Shown: positions 7,701 through 14,315 of the stretch, piece after piece | Numbering within the stretch: position 1 is the first letter of the stretch | Layout: each line of letters begins with the position of its first letter | Assembly (NCBI GenBank): GCA_031363705.1 | Contig: JANLUX010000070.1 | Location: forward strand, 1-24,000 | Source: Bacteroidota bacterium | GTDB lineage: Bacteria; Bacteroidota; Bacteroidia; AKYH767-A; OLB10 | Reading direction: 5' to 3' | Length of the DNA: 24,000 nucleotides | Translations under genes and position numbers: made by a program | Notes under the pieces: generated by a model | The model's database searches: none | What the model was told of the DNA's origin: nothing | The model's input: only the letters and a program-made list of their open reading frames with translations

Positions 7701-7921
7701 GCTAATTCCTGTTCTAAGTTTTTATTTTTCCCTTCTGCTAATTCAATTAGTGATCGCAAAATTCTGCTCTTCATTTCATCGGTTGCCTTATTGGTAAAAG
7801 TGATGGCAAGCACATGGCGGAAATTAGAAGGATAGGGAAGAACAAGTTTTAAATATTCACGAACAAGGGTATAGGTTTTTCCGCTACCTGCTGAGGATTT
7901 GTAAATGGAAAGTGTGTTCAA
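4763..7921 (-). CDS. AddA/RecB-like UvrD-family helicase fused to a PD-(D/E)XK nuclease
   Basis: 1052 aa. Walker A SAGSGKT lies at residues 10-16. Helicase motif II is LLDEFQDTS and motif III is VGDVKQAIYRWRGG. The C-terminal RecB-type nuclease motif is DRLMF...IILDYKTG...Q..DY. The start is a TTG (7921-7919), forced by an in-frame stop 10 codons upstream and by the position of the Walker A motif. Confidence 0.85.
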   Translation of the reverse strand: MNTLSIYKSSAGSGKTYTLVREYLKLVLPYPSNFRHVLAITFTNKATDEMKSRILRSLIELAEGKNKNLEQELAKESSLSKLNIQEQAQKCLNFILHHYSDFAVTTIDSFFNSIVKSLAHEMKLPLRFEIELDQEFINEDITERLLREIGKDEKLTAWLQSFAFDKLENNKGWKIKPELKKIGQQLFKEEYYKQQRNVEPDYNVLTLQLKAARKKFEEQVRKHGELFNTNIEKHGFVIDEFNYGKSGVAGYLSKLSRKDLSGKEFMPGVRVMAAHDNADAWLSKSNQNKALLELINSTLQPLLKAHIEFHNSNFSHYSSACEALKLIYVAGIITRLAEHFRDYRDEHDLLTIADANILIKNFVGTNDTSFVFEKTGNKFRHFLLDEFQDTSDIQWKNLLPLINNALASGNSALIVGDVKQAIYRWRGGNMNLLQQEIKDDLKMYASLIQERKLNINYRSTKEVIEFNNSFFQLLPDIIRELEHADYNLIAAAYQTDEIMQLTPEKIKENGYVNISFIDEKEISEIEDDAKWKQESLNKLVPTIDQLLNDGYSWGDIAILVRTKYEGNEIARYLYNNGIDKIVSADSLLIHKAPQVQFIINAIRYLHDQENVLERKEMLYFAAKEKISKDELDKIFSSYDFEKDSLFQKYLPPSYFALSKYFLQLPVYDLTEQLIKLFDLNKNPDAYLQRLQDVILEYSEKNPNDSLSFVNWWDENAERKSFSVITPEQSDSITIITIHKSKGLQYPVVLMPYCDWSLKPKAGELLWVSSNESPYDNCNDIPVLFSKALEHTFFNEHYTKEIQQYYLDNLNLLYVAFTRAAERLYITTPFLKTEKISKISQLILLAIERNDAWNECYNEREKVLVLGKEIKKERKEVSATKADIFHPEPFTIAEFPIHAWQSKLGIKTNKEYSSSFIEYGKILHKILSFIITENDLELALNKAKNIFILDEQILLKVKTSIENIFQAVKKHEWFTGKFAVRNESDIFSDKNLFRPDRLMFNDEETIILDYKTGAEDKSYDRQISDYKNILKEAGFKNVKALLLYTAECKIVEV

Positions 7922-7957
7922 CGAGTGAGGTTTAAATTTGATTATTTTTTATCAATC

Positions 7958-7990
7958 AAACCTCCGAGATTTTTAAAACCTCGGAGGTTT
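7958..7990 (-). terminator. possible hairpin terminator after the DUF3078 gene
   Basis: aaacctccgag (7958-7968) pairs with ctcggaggttt (7980-7990): an 11-bp stem with an 11-nt loop, 27 nt downstream of the stop at 8017. There is only a short T run after the stem on the minus strand. Confidence 0.35.
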
Positions 7991-8016
7991 ATTAAAGAAG
8001 GTCTAATGTTATATCA

Positions 8017-8943
8017 TTAAAACTTATAAGATAATCCAATCGCAAGCACTTCTTTAAACTGTGTGCGAGGGCCTGCGCCTGTTTGTGTTCTCACACCATT
8101 CACATCACTGAAAAGCGGAACAGGAATATTATCATCATAAATCAACTGTGTTGAAATACTTGCAGAAAGCAGTTTATTGATTTTCATTGCGATCAATACT
8201 TCCCAGTTCACATCTACATTCTGAGGATCTTCTGCGTAATTGCTGAACAGATCAAGCTTGGTTAAAAGATTTACATTTTGCATAATGTCTTTCTGAAATT
8301 TTGCATTGAGGTAAGCACCAAATTCTGTTCTGTTATGTTCTCCATCTTTTGTTTTGTTACCAAAGGAATCGTATTCAGCCGGATTAACACCATAAGCACC
8401 TGCATCAGCAAGGTCTCTGTCACCCACAATAGTCATTTTCATTGTTAAAGGTGAAACAAAAACGGAAAAATATTTATTGGGCTTATAATCTAATCCCAAT
8501 GCAAAAGTGACATAAGCCGGTGCTCCAAATTTTGAAATCACTACAGAATCATTCGGATAATTATAACCGTTATCAAACTGTGATTTAAAATTTAATAATG
8601 CAGTATAAAATAATTTGTTCTTGCTGTTAACAGCATATCCTAATTTAGAAGTGAAATCAATTTTATCCTCATTCTTACGCAATTTTTGCTCACCCTGTTT
8701 CAGCATTCCGTAACCAAGATCGAGCGAATTATCCCAGGCTGTCCTGCCCTTTTTATAATTGTCGAAAGCGCTAAGCAAAGCACTGGCTGAAATGGCATCC
8801 TCGCCACCGGCAGCCCAGTTATCAAAACTTGTCTGATTAAAATTGAGATTTATTATTCCGCCTTTTCTCCACAGTGTATCCTGTGCATTTGAAAAATTAT
8901 GCAGGCAAACAATTATTGATAGTGATAAGATTATTTTTTTCAT
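8017..8943 (-). CDS. DUF3078-family outer-membrane beta-barrel protein
   Basis: 308 aa. Signal peptide MKKIILSLSIIVCLHNFSNAQ. WRKGGIINLNFNQTSFDNWAAGGEDAIS is the characteristic DUF3078 N-terminal motif. The sequence alternates in beta-strand fashion and ends in an aromatic residue (SYKF). Confidence 0.75.
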   Translation of the reverse strand: MKKIILSLSIIVCLHNFSNAQDTLWRKGGIINLNFNQTSFDNWAAGGEDAISASALLSAFDNYKKGRTAWDNSLDLGYGMLKQGEQKLRKNEDKIDFTSKLGYAVNSKNKLFYTALLNFKSQFDNGYNYPNDSVVISKFGAPAYVTFALGLDYKPNKYFSVFVSPLTMKMTIVGDRDLADAGAYGVNPAEYDSFGNKTKDGEHNRTEFGAYLNAKFQKDIMQNVNLLTKLDLFSNYAEDPQNVDVNWEVLIAMKINKLLSASISTQLIYDDNIPVPLFSDVNGVRTQTGAGPRTQFKEVLAIGLSYKF

Positions 8944-8961
8944 ACGTTTTATTTATGAGGT

Positions 8962-8969
8962 CAAAAATA
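8962..8969 (-). promoter_or_regulatory. candidate -7 promoter box (TATTTTTG on the minus strand)
   Basis: caaaaata on the plus strand reads TATTTTTG on the minus strand. It lies 18 nt upstream of the ATG at 8943. Confidence 0.35.
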
Positions 8970-8974
8970 GGCAC

Positions 8975-9009
8975 AAATAAAAAAGGAGCAATTAATAAAT
9001 CGCTCCTTT
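8975..9009 (-). terminator. putative intrinsic terminator after the 9031-10182 gene
   Basis: On the minus strand: AAAGGAGC, a 12-nt loop, GCTCCTTT, then TTTATTT. The stem pairs 9002-9009 with 8982-8989, and the U-rich tail is 8975-8981. It begins 22 nt after the stop. Confidence 0.5.
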
Positions 9010-9030
9010 GTGTATGAATATTTTTAAACT

Positions 9031-10182
9031 TTAGTTATCGTTAGCAGGCGTAACATTTGGAGCGGTTACGGATGAAGTATTTTTAGGATTAGCCTGCAGA
9101 CGAAAAGCAATAACCGGTATCCACACTGATTTTATTGCTTTGTTATCGTTCATTACGAGACGATAATAGGAAACACCCCCTATCGGATGTGTATCAAGCA
9201 GTGCATAAGCTTTTAACTGATTTGAATTTTTTGATGCAGCCACTTTTCCTATCTCTTCATATTTGTGTGTATCAATGCTTCGCTCAACACGGAAATAATC
9301 TGTATTTTTTTCTTTGGCAGTAAACCAGTTCAGCATCACATTGTCACCTTGCATTTCGGCAGTAAAGCTTAACAGCTGAAACGGTATCTGACGAACCTGC
9401 TCTGTATTGCGGATAATAAAGTTATCCATAATCACTTTGCCTGAAGCGTTTCCATTCATTCCTTTTGCAATGATGATCTCATCATTTTTTTTCCACCATA
9501 AGCTGCTTCCTTCTGAACCATCAGGACTACCTTCACTTACCCACACTGCAATGTTGTCAACAAATATTTCTCCGCGACCTTTAACGGGATTGAAAAGAAA
9601 ACGATAGTTACGTAAAACATTATCCTCCTGAACCTCGTAACGTGTTTTCTCATTTACAGTAAATGTTTTTCCATTTTCATTTTCAACTTTATACTGAATA
9701 ACAAGAAAATGATCTTTAATTCCGAAATTGAAATAATTTCCACGGCTGAAAAAACTTCCTGCCGGTTCCATGCATCTGTAATCAACACTAATGTCAATGC
9801 CTGGTATATTCAACTCATCTGTTGCATCAATTTTTAGATCAATAGTCTTATCTGTTTTACCTGCACTCAAGCCAAAACTCTGATCTTTTCCACCTGCAAT
9901 ACATTCAGCATCCATGCTTACTTCTTTTGCCAATGTACCGATATCAGATTTGGTAACAGGATTTTTATTCCAGGTAAACATGCATAATATTTCTCCATTG
10001 TTAATGGGATCAGTGTCCATTAATTTATTCCTGTTAGTTGCTGAAGAATTGGTGATATCAACGGTATTGATAAACAAAGTAAAATAACAAATCATGCAGA
10101 TGATGGAAGCACCGGCTACAATAAGAGTTCCCTTCTGTAATGTTCTTAACTTCTGGGTTGGGCGTAAATTAAATCCTGCCAT
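9031..10182 (-). CDS. membrane-anchored hypothetical protein (possible LamG-like jelly-roll plus C-terminal Ig/FN3-like domain)
   Basis: 383 aa. One N-terminal TM helix (GTLIVAGASIICMICYFTLFI). The middle region (GIDISVDYRC...FLVIQYKV...RGEIFVDNIAVW...IIIAKGMNGNASGKVIMDNFIIRN) resembles LamG/concanavalin-like folds. The C-terminus (FTAEMQGDNVMLNWFTAKEKNTDYFRVERSIDTHKYEEIG...YYRLVMND) resembles the Ig-like module common in Bacteroidota surface proteins. Domain calls are by eye only. Confidence 0.55.
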   Translation of the reverse strand: MAGFNLRPTQKLRTLQKGTLIVAGASIICMICYFTLFINTVDITNSSATNRNKLMDTDPINNGEILCMFTWNKNPVTKSDIGTLAKEVSMDAECIAGGKDQSFGLSAGKTDKTIDLKIDATDELNIPGIDISVDYRCMEPAGSFFSRGNYFNFGIKDHFLVIQYKVENENGKTFTVNEKTRYEVQEDNVLRNYRFLFNPVKGRGEIFVDNIAVWVSEGSPDGSEGSSLWWKKNDEIIIAKGMNGNASGKVIMDNFIIRNTEQVRQIPFQLLSFTAEMQGDNVMLNWFTAKEKNTDYFRVERSIDTHKYEEIGKVAASKNSNQLKAYALLDTHPIGGVSYYRLVMNDNKAIKSVWIPVIAFRLQANPKNTSSVTAPNVTPANDN

Positions 10183-10240
10183 ATTTAATATTTGTTTCTC
10201 AATTTATAATAAGTACAAGAGACTAATTGCTCAACTTTAT

Positions 10241-10263
10241 GATTTTCTTACTTGATTTCTTAC
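10241..10263. repeat. tandem direct repeat GATTT(T)CTTAC x2 upstream of the 9031-10182 gene
   Basis: gattttcttac (10241-10251) and gatttcttac (10254-10263). A second pair, tttccga (10271-10277 and 10282-10288), lies 11 nt apart start to start. All four sit 59-106 nt upstream of the ATG at 10182. Confidence 0.5.
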
Positions 10264-10343
10264 GCTTTTTTTTCCGAAAAGTTTCCGATAGTAATTAATG
10301 TTATCCAAAAAAAATTAACTCCCCGGAATGTTTGAGTTTTGAT

Positions 10344-12527
10344 TTACTGATATAACAAATTAGGAATTTCAACAGTGAATTTTGACCCATGACCTTCTGT
10401 TGAAGTAATTTTAATTTTACCCTTGAGTCTGTTGACAGCTTCTTTTACAATATACAAACCCAAACCTGATCCGGTGGAGTTTTCAGAAACGCGGTAAAAC
10501 ATCTCAAATATTTTTTCCTGATTAACAGGGTTAATCCCAATACCGTTATCCTCCACTTCTATAATCGCGTTTACTTCATTGGCATTAACATGTATTTTAA
10601 CAAATGAATTCCTGGAGTCTCTATTATGATACCGGATGGCATTTGAAATAAGATTGGTAAGCACAACACTTAACCGGTTTTTATCAGTACAAAATACTCC
10701 TTCCGAAAGCGTTTCGAACTCAATCTGAACCATCCGGTTATTGGTTGTAATATGTTTTATATCATCTGTAATAACTTTTAACAGCTTATTAAAATCAACA
10801 GGCTGAATATTCAGTTCTCCTCTTGCATTACGCGAATAATCGAGTATATCTTCAATAAAACTATCAAGCCGGGTGATGCTGGTTTTCAACATGTCCATGT
10901 GCTCAATAATAATTTCTTCACGGGTAATTTCAGTGGTAATATCAATTACTCCCTGCATTGAAAGTAATGGTGCTCGCAAGTCATGTGAAACACTGTAAAC
11001 AAATTTATCCAACTCATGATTGATCTTTCTAAGCTCTTCGTTTTGTCGTTGCAAAGTTTCTTCCTTGAGCTTTTGTTCCGTCACGTCCTGTGCAGTTCCT
11101 ATTAATTTAATCACTTCATTGTGTTCATTTGTCATCACCTTGCCACGGGCATGTATGTTAACTATGCTATTATCTTTTTTTATAATTCTTGCATAATAAG
11201 TAAAAGGCTCAAGTGTAGTAAATGAATTCATCACGATACCCTCCACTCTTTGTTTATCCTCCGGATGCACCAGTTCCATAAAGCGAGTGTAATCTATATT
11301 CTCACTTCCGGGATCGTAACCAAATATCCTGTACAATTCATCTGACCATAACACAGCGTTTTCCTTTACACTCCATTCCCAGCTTCCTACATGTGCAATC
11401 TCCTGTGCATCGGCCAACAACATCTCTTTATGTTTGATCAATTCATTTGATTTTTTCAATGCTGTAATATCACGTGCCGCAAATAACACACCCTGCACCT
11501 GCTTATTATTAATGATGGGTTTACAGGAAATCACCAGGTCCTTTTCTCCATCAGGAGTAATAATGTTTGATTCAAAATTGTTAATGGTTTCTCCTCTCAT
11601 AGCGCTGACATAAGATTCGAAAAACAGGTTGGAATGTTCAACTGATGCAAAGGGTAATAATTTTTTTAACGGCAATATACCTAACTCATATTTGTTAATC
11701 TTAAGCATCTCCGCTGTATAATTATTAATATAGGCAAGTCTTCTCTTTTCTGAAATACTGAATATCATCAACGGCATGTCTTCTATCAGCTTTTCATTAC
11801 TCACTGTATCACTTGCATTAAATAACCGGTATTTATTCAGTGAGAGAACGGTTGCTAATGAGAAAAAAGTCATAAACGTGGAAGCAAATGGTATAGCAGG
11901 TTTATTGAGAATGAGTGGCATGATTACCTGCCCCACAAGACCCATCACCGTTGGAATACCGATTCCTGTAGCAATAATTATGGTTTGCTTTATTAGTAAC
12001 AGATCTTTACGGATGATATAAGCATGATAAAAAATTATGATGGTTGCTGCTATTACAAGCACCGATATCCAATAAATCTGCAGCACATCTATCCAGTGCT
12101 TATCATGATAATTAACCCATCCCCAAATATTTTCATAGGTATAAATGTGAGAATAAACACGCGCCTGGTAGAGTAAAGTAAAAACGATTGCCGGAACATA
12201 TAATAATAATAGAGTTGTACGCGAACGTTTTTGTTTAAGAATACTTGTATATAACAAAGCAAAATGAAGACAAAGCGGCCCTACAAAAAGCCATGAAGCA
12301 CAAAAAATAATATCCCATGTATCAGTAATTTGTCCTGAGGGACTTATGCGTGTAATAGAATCATTAATCTGCCAACATGCTAATGCAAGACTCAGGAGTG
12401 CAAATACACTTGTCAAACGGTTCTCAGGTAATTTCCAAAAAATGTATCCCACAATTCCCAGATTCATCAGCGCGGGAATAAATGCAATTAAGAAACCTAC
12501 AGAGTTATGAAAATGAAAATTAAACAT
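10344..12527 (-). CDS. sensor histidine kinase with an N-terminal 7TM (HisKA_7TM-like) domain, PAS domains, HisKA and HATPase_c
   Basis: 727 aa. The first ~235 residues hold about seven hydrophobic helices, followed by PAS-like segments (e.g. AHVGSWEWSVKENAVLWSDELYRIFGY). H-box FVYSVSHDLRAPL, N-box NLISNAIRYH, G1 VEDNGIGI, G2 GSGLGLYIV. Confidence 0.9.
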   Translation of the reverse strand: MFNFHFHNSVGFLIAFIPALMNLGIVGYIFWKLPENRLTSVFALLSLALACWQINDSITRISPSGQITDTWDIIFCASWLFVGPLCLHFALLYTSILKQKRSRTTLLLLYVPAIVFTLLYQARVYSHIYTYENIWGWVNYHDKHWIDVLQIYWISVLVIAATIIIFYHAYIIRKDLLLIKQTIIIATGIGIPTVMGLVGQVIMPLILNKPAIPFASTFMTFFSLATVLSLNKYRLFNASDTVSNEKLIEDMPLMIFSISEKRRLAYINNYTAEMLKINKYELGILPLKKLLPFASVEHSNLFFESYVSAMRGETINNFESNIITPDGEKDLVISCKPIINNKQVQGVLFAARDITALKKSNELIKHKEMLLADAQEIAHVGSWEWSVKENAVLWSDELYRIFGYDPGSENIDYTRFMELVHPEDKQRVEGIVMNSFTTLEPFTYYARIIKKDNSIVNIHARGKVMTNEHNEVIKLIGTAQDVTEQKLKEETLQRQNEELRKINHELDKFVYSVSHDLRAPLLSMQGVIDITTEITREEIIIEHMDMLKTSITRLDSFIEDILDYSRNARGELNIQPVDFNKLLKVITDDIKHITTNNRMVQIEFETLSEGVFCTDKNRLSVVLTNLISNAIRYHNRDSRNSFVKIHVNANEVNAIIEVEDNGIGINPVNQEKIFEMFYRVSENSTGSGLGLYIVKEAVNRLKGKIKITSTEGHGSKFTVEIPNLLYQ

Positions 12528-12611
12528 ACATTTTTAGTGATAAACGCTTATTAAGCATTTAAACGATGGAACAAATAAGTAATCATTTGTTTTAGAAAAT
12601 ATCTTTCTCAC

Positions 12612-13097
12612 TTAGATTATTCCTTTTTCGTTATGAGTTACAGCATATAAATTATTATACAGTGTAACTATCTCTTCAAAATTTTCTTTCCTGAGTGGTT
12701 TATTAAGAAATTTTTTAACGACAAGACTGTTTTCAGCCCTATTAAGATCCAGCGGATCGAGAGAAGAAGAAAGCATCACTATGCAACAAGTATGTTTGAC
12801 TGAGTGAGGTAAAAGAGATAACCTTTCTAAAAACTGGAAGCCATCCATCTCAGGCATTCTTATATCTAACAGAATTACTTCCGGAAGCATTTCAGGATGT
12901 TCCTGGTTTTGCTCCAGGTAATCAATAGCGCGCGTTGCCATATCGAATTCAAGAATCCGTTCACTAAAACGATTATTCCTTATTACATGAGTGGCAACAT
13001 AACGGTCAATTTTAGTATCATCCACAATCATTACACACTTAAACATAAATTCACCAGGCTCCATTCTATCTATTTTTTTTCCAGTGTTATTAAACAT
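12612..13097 (-). CDS. single-domain response regulator (receiver only)
   Basis: Receiver core VMIVDDTKIDRY...VILLDIRMPEMDGFQFL...KFLNKPL. The ORF-track start at 13136 is a TTG that overlaps the upstream gene by 14 nt. In-frame ATGs occur at 13097, 13064 and 13046. The 13097 start is chosen here but is not certain. Confidence 0.85.
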   Translation of the reverse strand: MFNNTGKKIDRMEPGEFMFKCVMIVDDTKIDRYVATHVIRNNRFSERILEFDMATRAIDYLEQNQEHPEMLPEVILLDIRMPEMDGFQFLERLSLLPHSVKHTCCIVMLSSSLDPLDLNRAENSLVVKKFLNKPLRKENFEEIVTLYNNLYAVTHNEKGII

Positions 13098-13122
13098 CAA
13101 ACAAAAAGACTTATAATTTTTT

Positions 13123-14292
13123 TTATGCTGTAACAAATGTTAAATCCTCTAAAGTGATCGTATTATTTTCAGCCATAAGAGCAGCGCGTTCAACAATTGA
13201 TTTTAACTCGCGAACATTTCCGGGCCATGCATATTCAAGCATGAATTTGCAAGCTTCTTTAGAGATGGTAAATTGCGGAAGCTTATTTTGTTTGCAGAAA
13301 GTTTCAAGAAAATGTTTAGCTAATAAAATGATATCATCACCACGTTCCTTTAATGGAGGAAGATGAATTAAAAATCCCTGTAAGCGGTAAAATAAATCTT
13401 CTCTGAAACGTCCTTCTTTTACTTCATGAGTTAAATTTTTATTGGTGGCAGCAATCAGCCTGAAATCAAGCTTCATTGTTTTGTTGCTTCCAATTCTTGT
13501 TACCTCTTTTTCTTGTAACACACGCAAAAGCTTTGCTTGTAATCCCATATCCATTTCTCCAATCTCATCCAGGAATATTGTTCCGCCATCTGACTCTTCA
13601 AACTTTCCTATTCTTTTATCACGTGCATCAGTAAAGGCTCCTTTCTCATGACCAAACAGTTCACTCTCTACCAACTCATCAGGTATTGCACCCATGTTTA
13701 CAATCACAAACGGTTTGCGTGCACGTGTGGAATTATAATGCAATGCACTTGCTACTAATTCTTTTCCTGTTCCGCTTTGCCCTGTTACCAGCACCATCAT
13801 ATTGTTCTTCTCCACCTTTTGTATCAACCGGAGTACCCGGAGAATCGGCTGGCTGTTACCAATAATATTAGAATAACGGTTACGGTCAATAATCTGATCC
13901 TGTAATAATTCAACTTCCTTACGAAGTACCACACTCATAGCAAGATTGTTTACTGAACGTTCAACATCCGCCATCATATTATCGTTTTTCAAAATATAAT
14001 CCTGAGCTCCGTTACGGTAACTGCTGATTACTACTTCAACACTTTCCTGAGCGGAACAGATGATTACCATTATATTCTGATTATAGGTTTTTATCTTGCT
14101 CATCAGGGTAAGCCCGTCCATGCCAGGTAGGTTATAATCCACCGTAACAATATCAGGATTCAGATGCAGGTTATTGATACAATCTTCTGCATTGTTAAAA
14201 TGATGTAATTCATACTTGTCATTTTTCGACAGTGCTTGTTTCAATAAAGAAGCTACCATCAAATCGTCTTCTACAATAAATATTCTTGCCAT
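13123..14292 (-). CDS. response regulator with a sigma54-interaction AAA+ domain, lacking a C-terminal DNA-binding domain
   Basis: 389 aa. Receiver (IFIVEDD...TVDYNLPGMDGL). AAA+ domain with Walker A GQSGTGKE, ESELFGHEKGAFTDA (the canonical motif is GAFTGA), Walker B GTIFLDEIGEM and sensor II WPGNVRELKSIVERA. The protein ends about 25 residues after sensor II (…TLEDLTFVTA-stop), with no room for a Fis-type HTH. Confidence 0.85.
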   Translation of the reverse strand: MARIFIVEDDLMVASLLKQALSKNDKYELHHFNNAEDCINNLHLNPDIVTVDYNLPGMDGLTLMSKIKTYNQNIMVIICSAQESVEVVISSYRNGAQDYILKNDNMMADVERSVNNLAMSVVLRKEVELLQDQIIDRNRYSNIIGNSQPILRVLRLIQKVEKNNMMVLVTGQSGTGKELVASALHYNSTRARKPFVIVNMGAIPDELVESELFGHEKGAFTDARDKRIGKFEESDGGTIFLDEIGEMDMGLQAKLLRVLQEKEVTRIGSNKTMKLDFRLIAATNKNLTHEVKEGRFREDLFYRLQGFLIHLPPLKERGDDIILLAKHFLETFCKQNKLPQFTISKEACKFMLEYAWPGNVRELKSIVERAALMAENNTITLEDLTFVTA

Positions 14293-14315
14293 TTTGTTTC
14301 TTATTAAATGTGTTG

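Noticed and set aside
4666-7936. A shared gagtgagg(c)ttt(t)aa string upstream of both pruA (4666-4680) and the helicase-nuclease gene (7923-7936).
   Set aside because: The exact match is only 8 nt, and its distances to the two start codons differ (40 nt versus 1 nt). That is well within chance for a 24-kb window.
10307-10338. A possible terminator after the 7TM kinase gene: a T8 run on the minus strand preceded by AACTC…GAGTT.
   Set aside because: The stem is only 5 bp with a 12-nt loop. The T-run alone is not adequate evidence. It is mentioned only as context in the relevant finding.
13098-13136. The TTG start at 13136 given by the ORF track for the 174-aa receiver, which would overlap the AAA+ gene by 14 nt.
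   Set aside because: The extension (MLQHKKNYKSFCL) precedes the receiver fold and depends on a TTG. In-frame ATGs at 13097, 13064 and 13046 are more plausible. The exact start remains unresolved.
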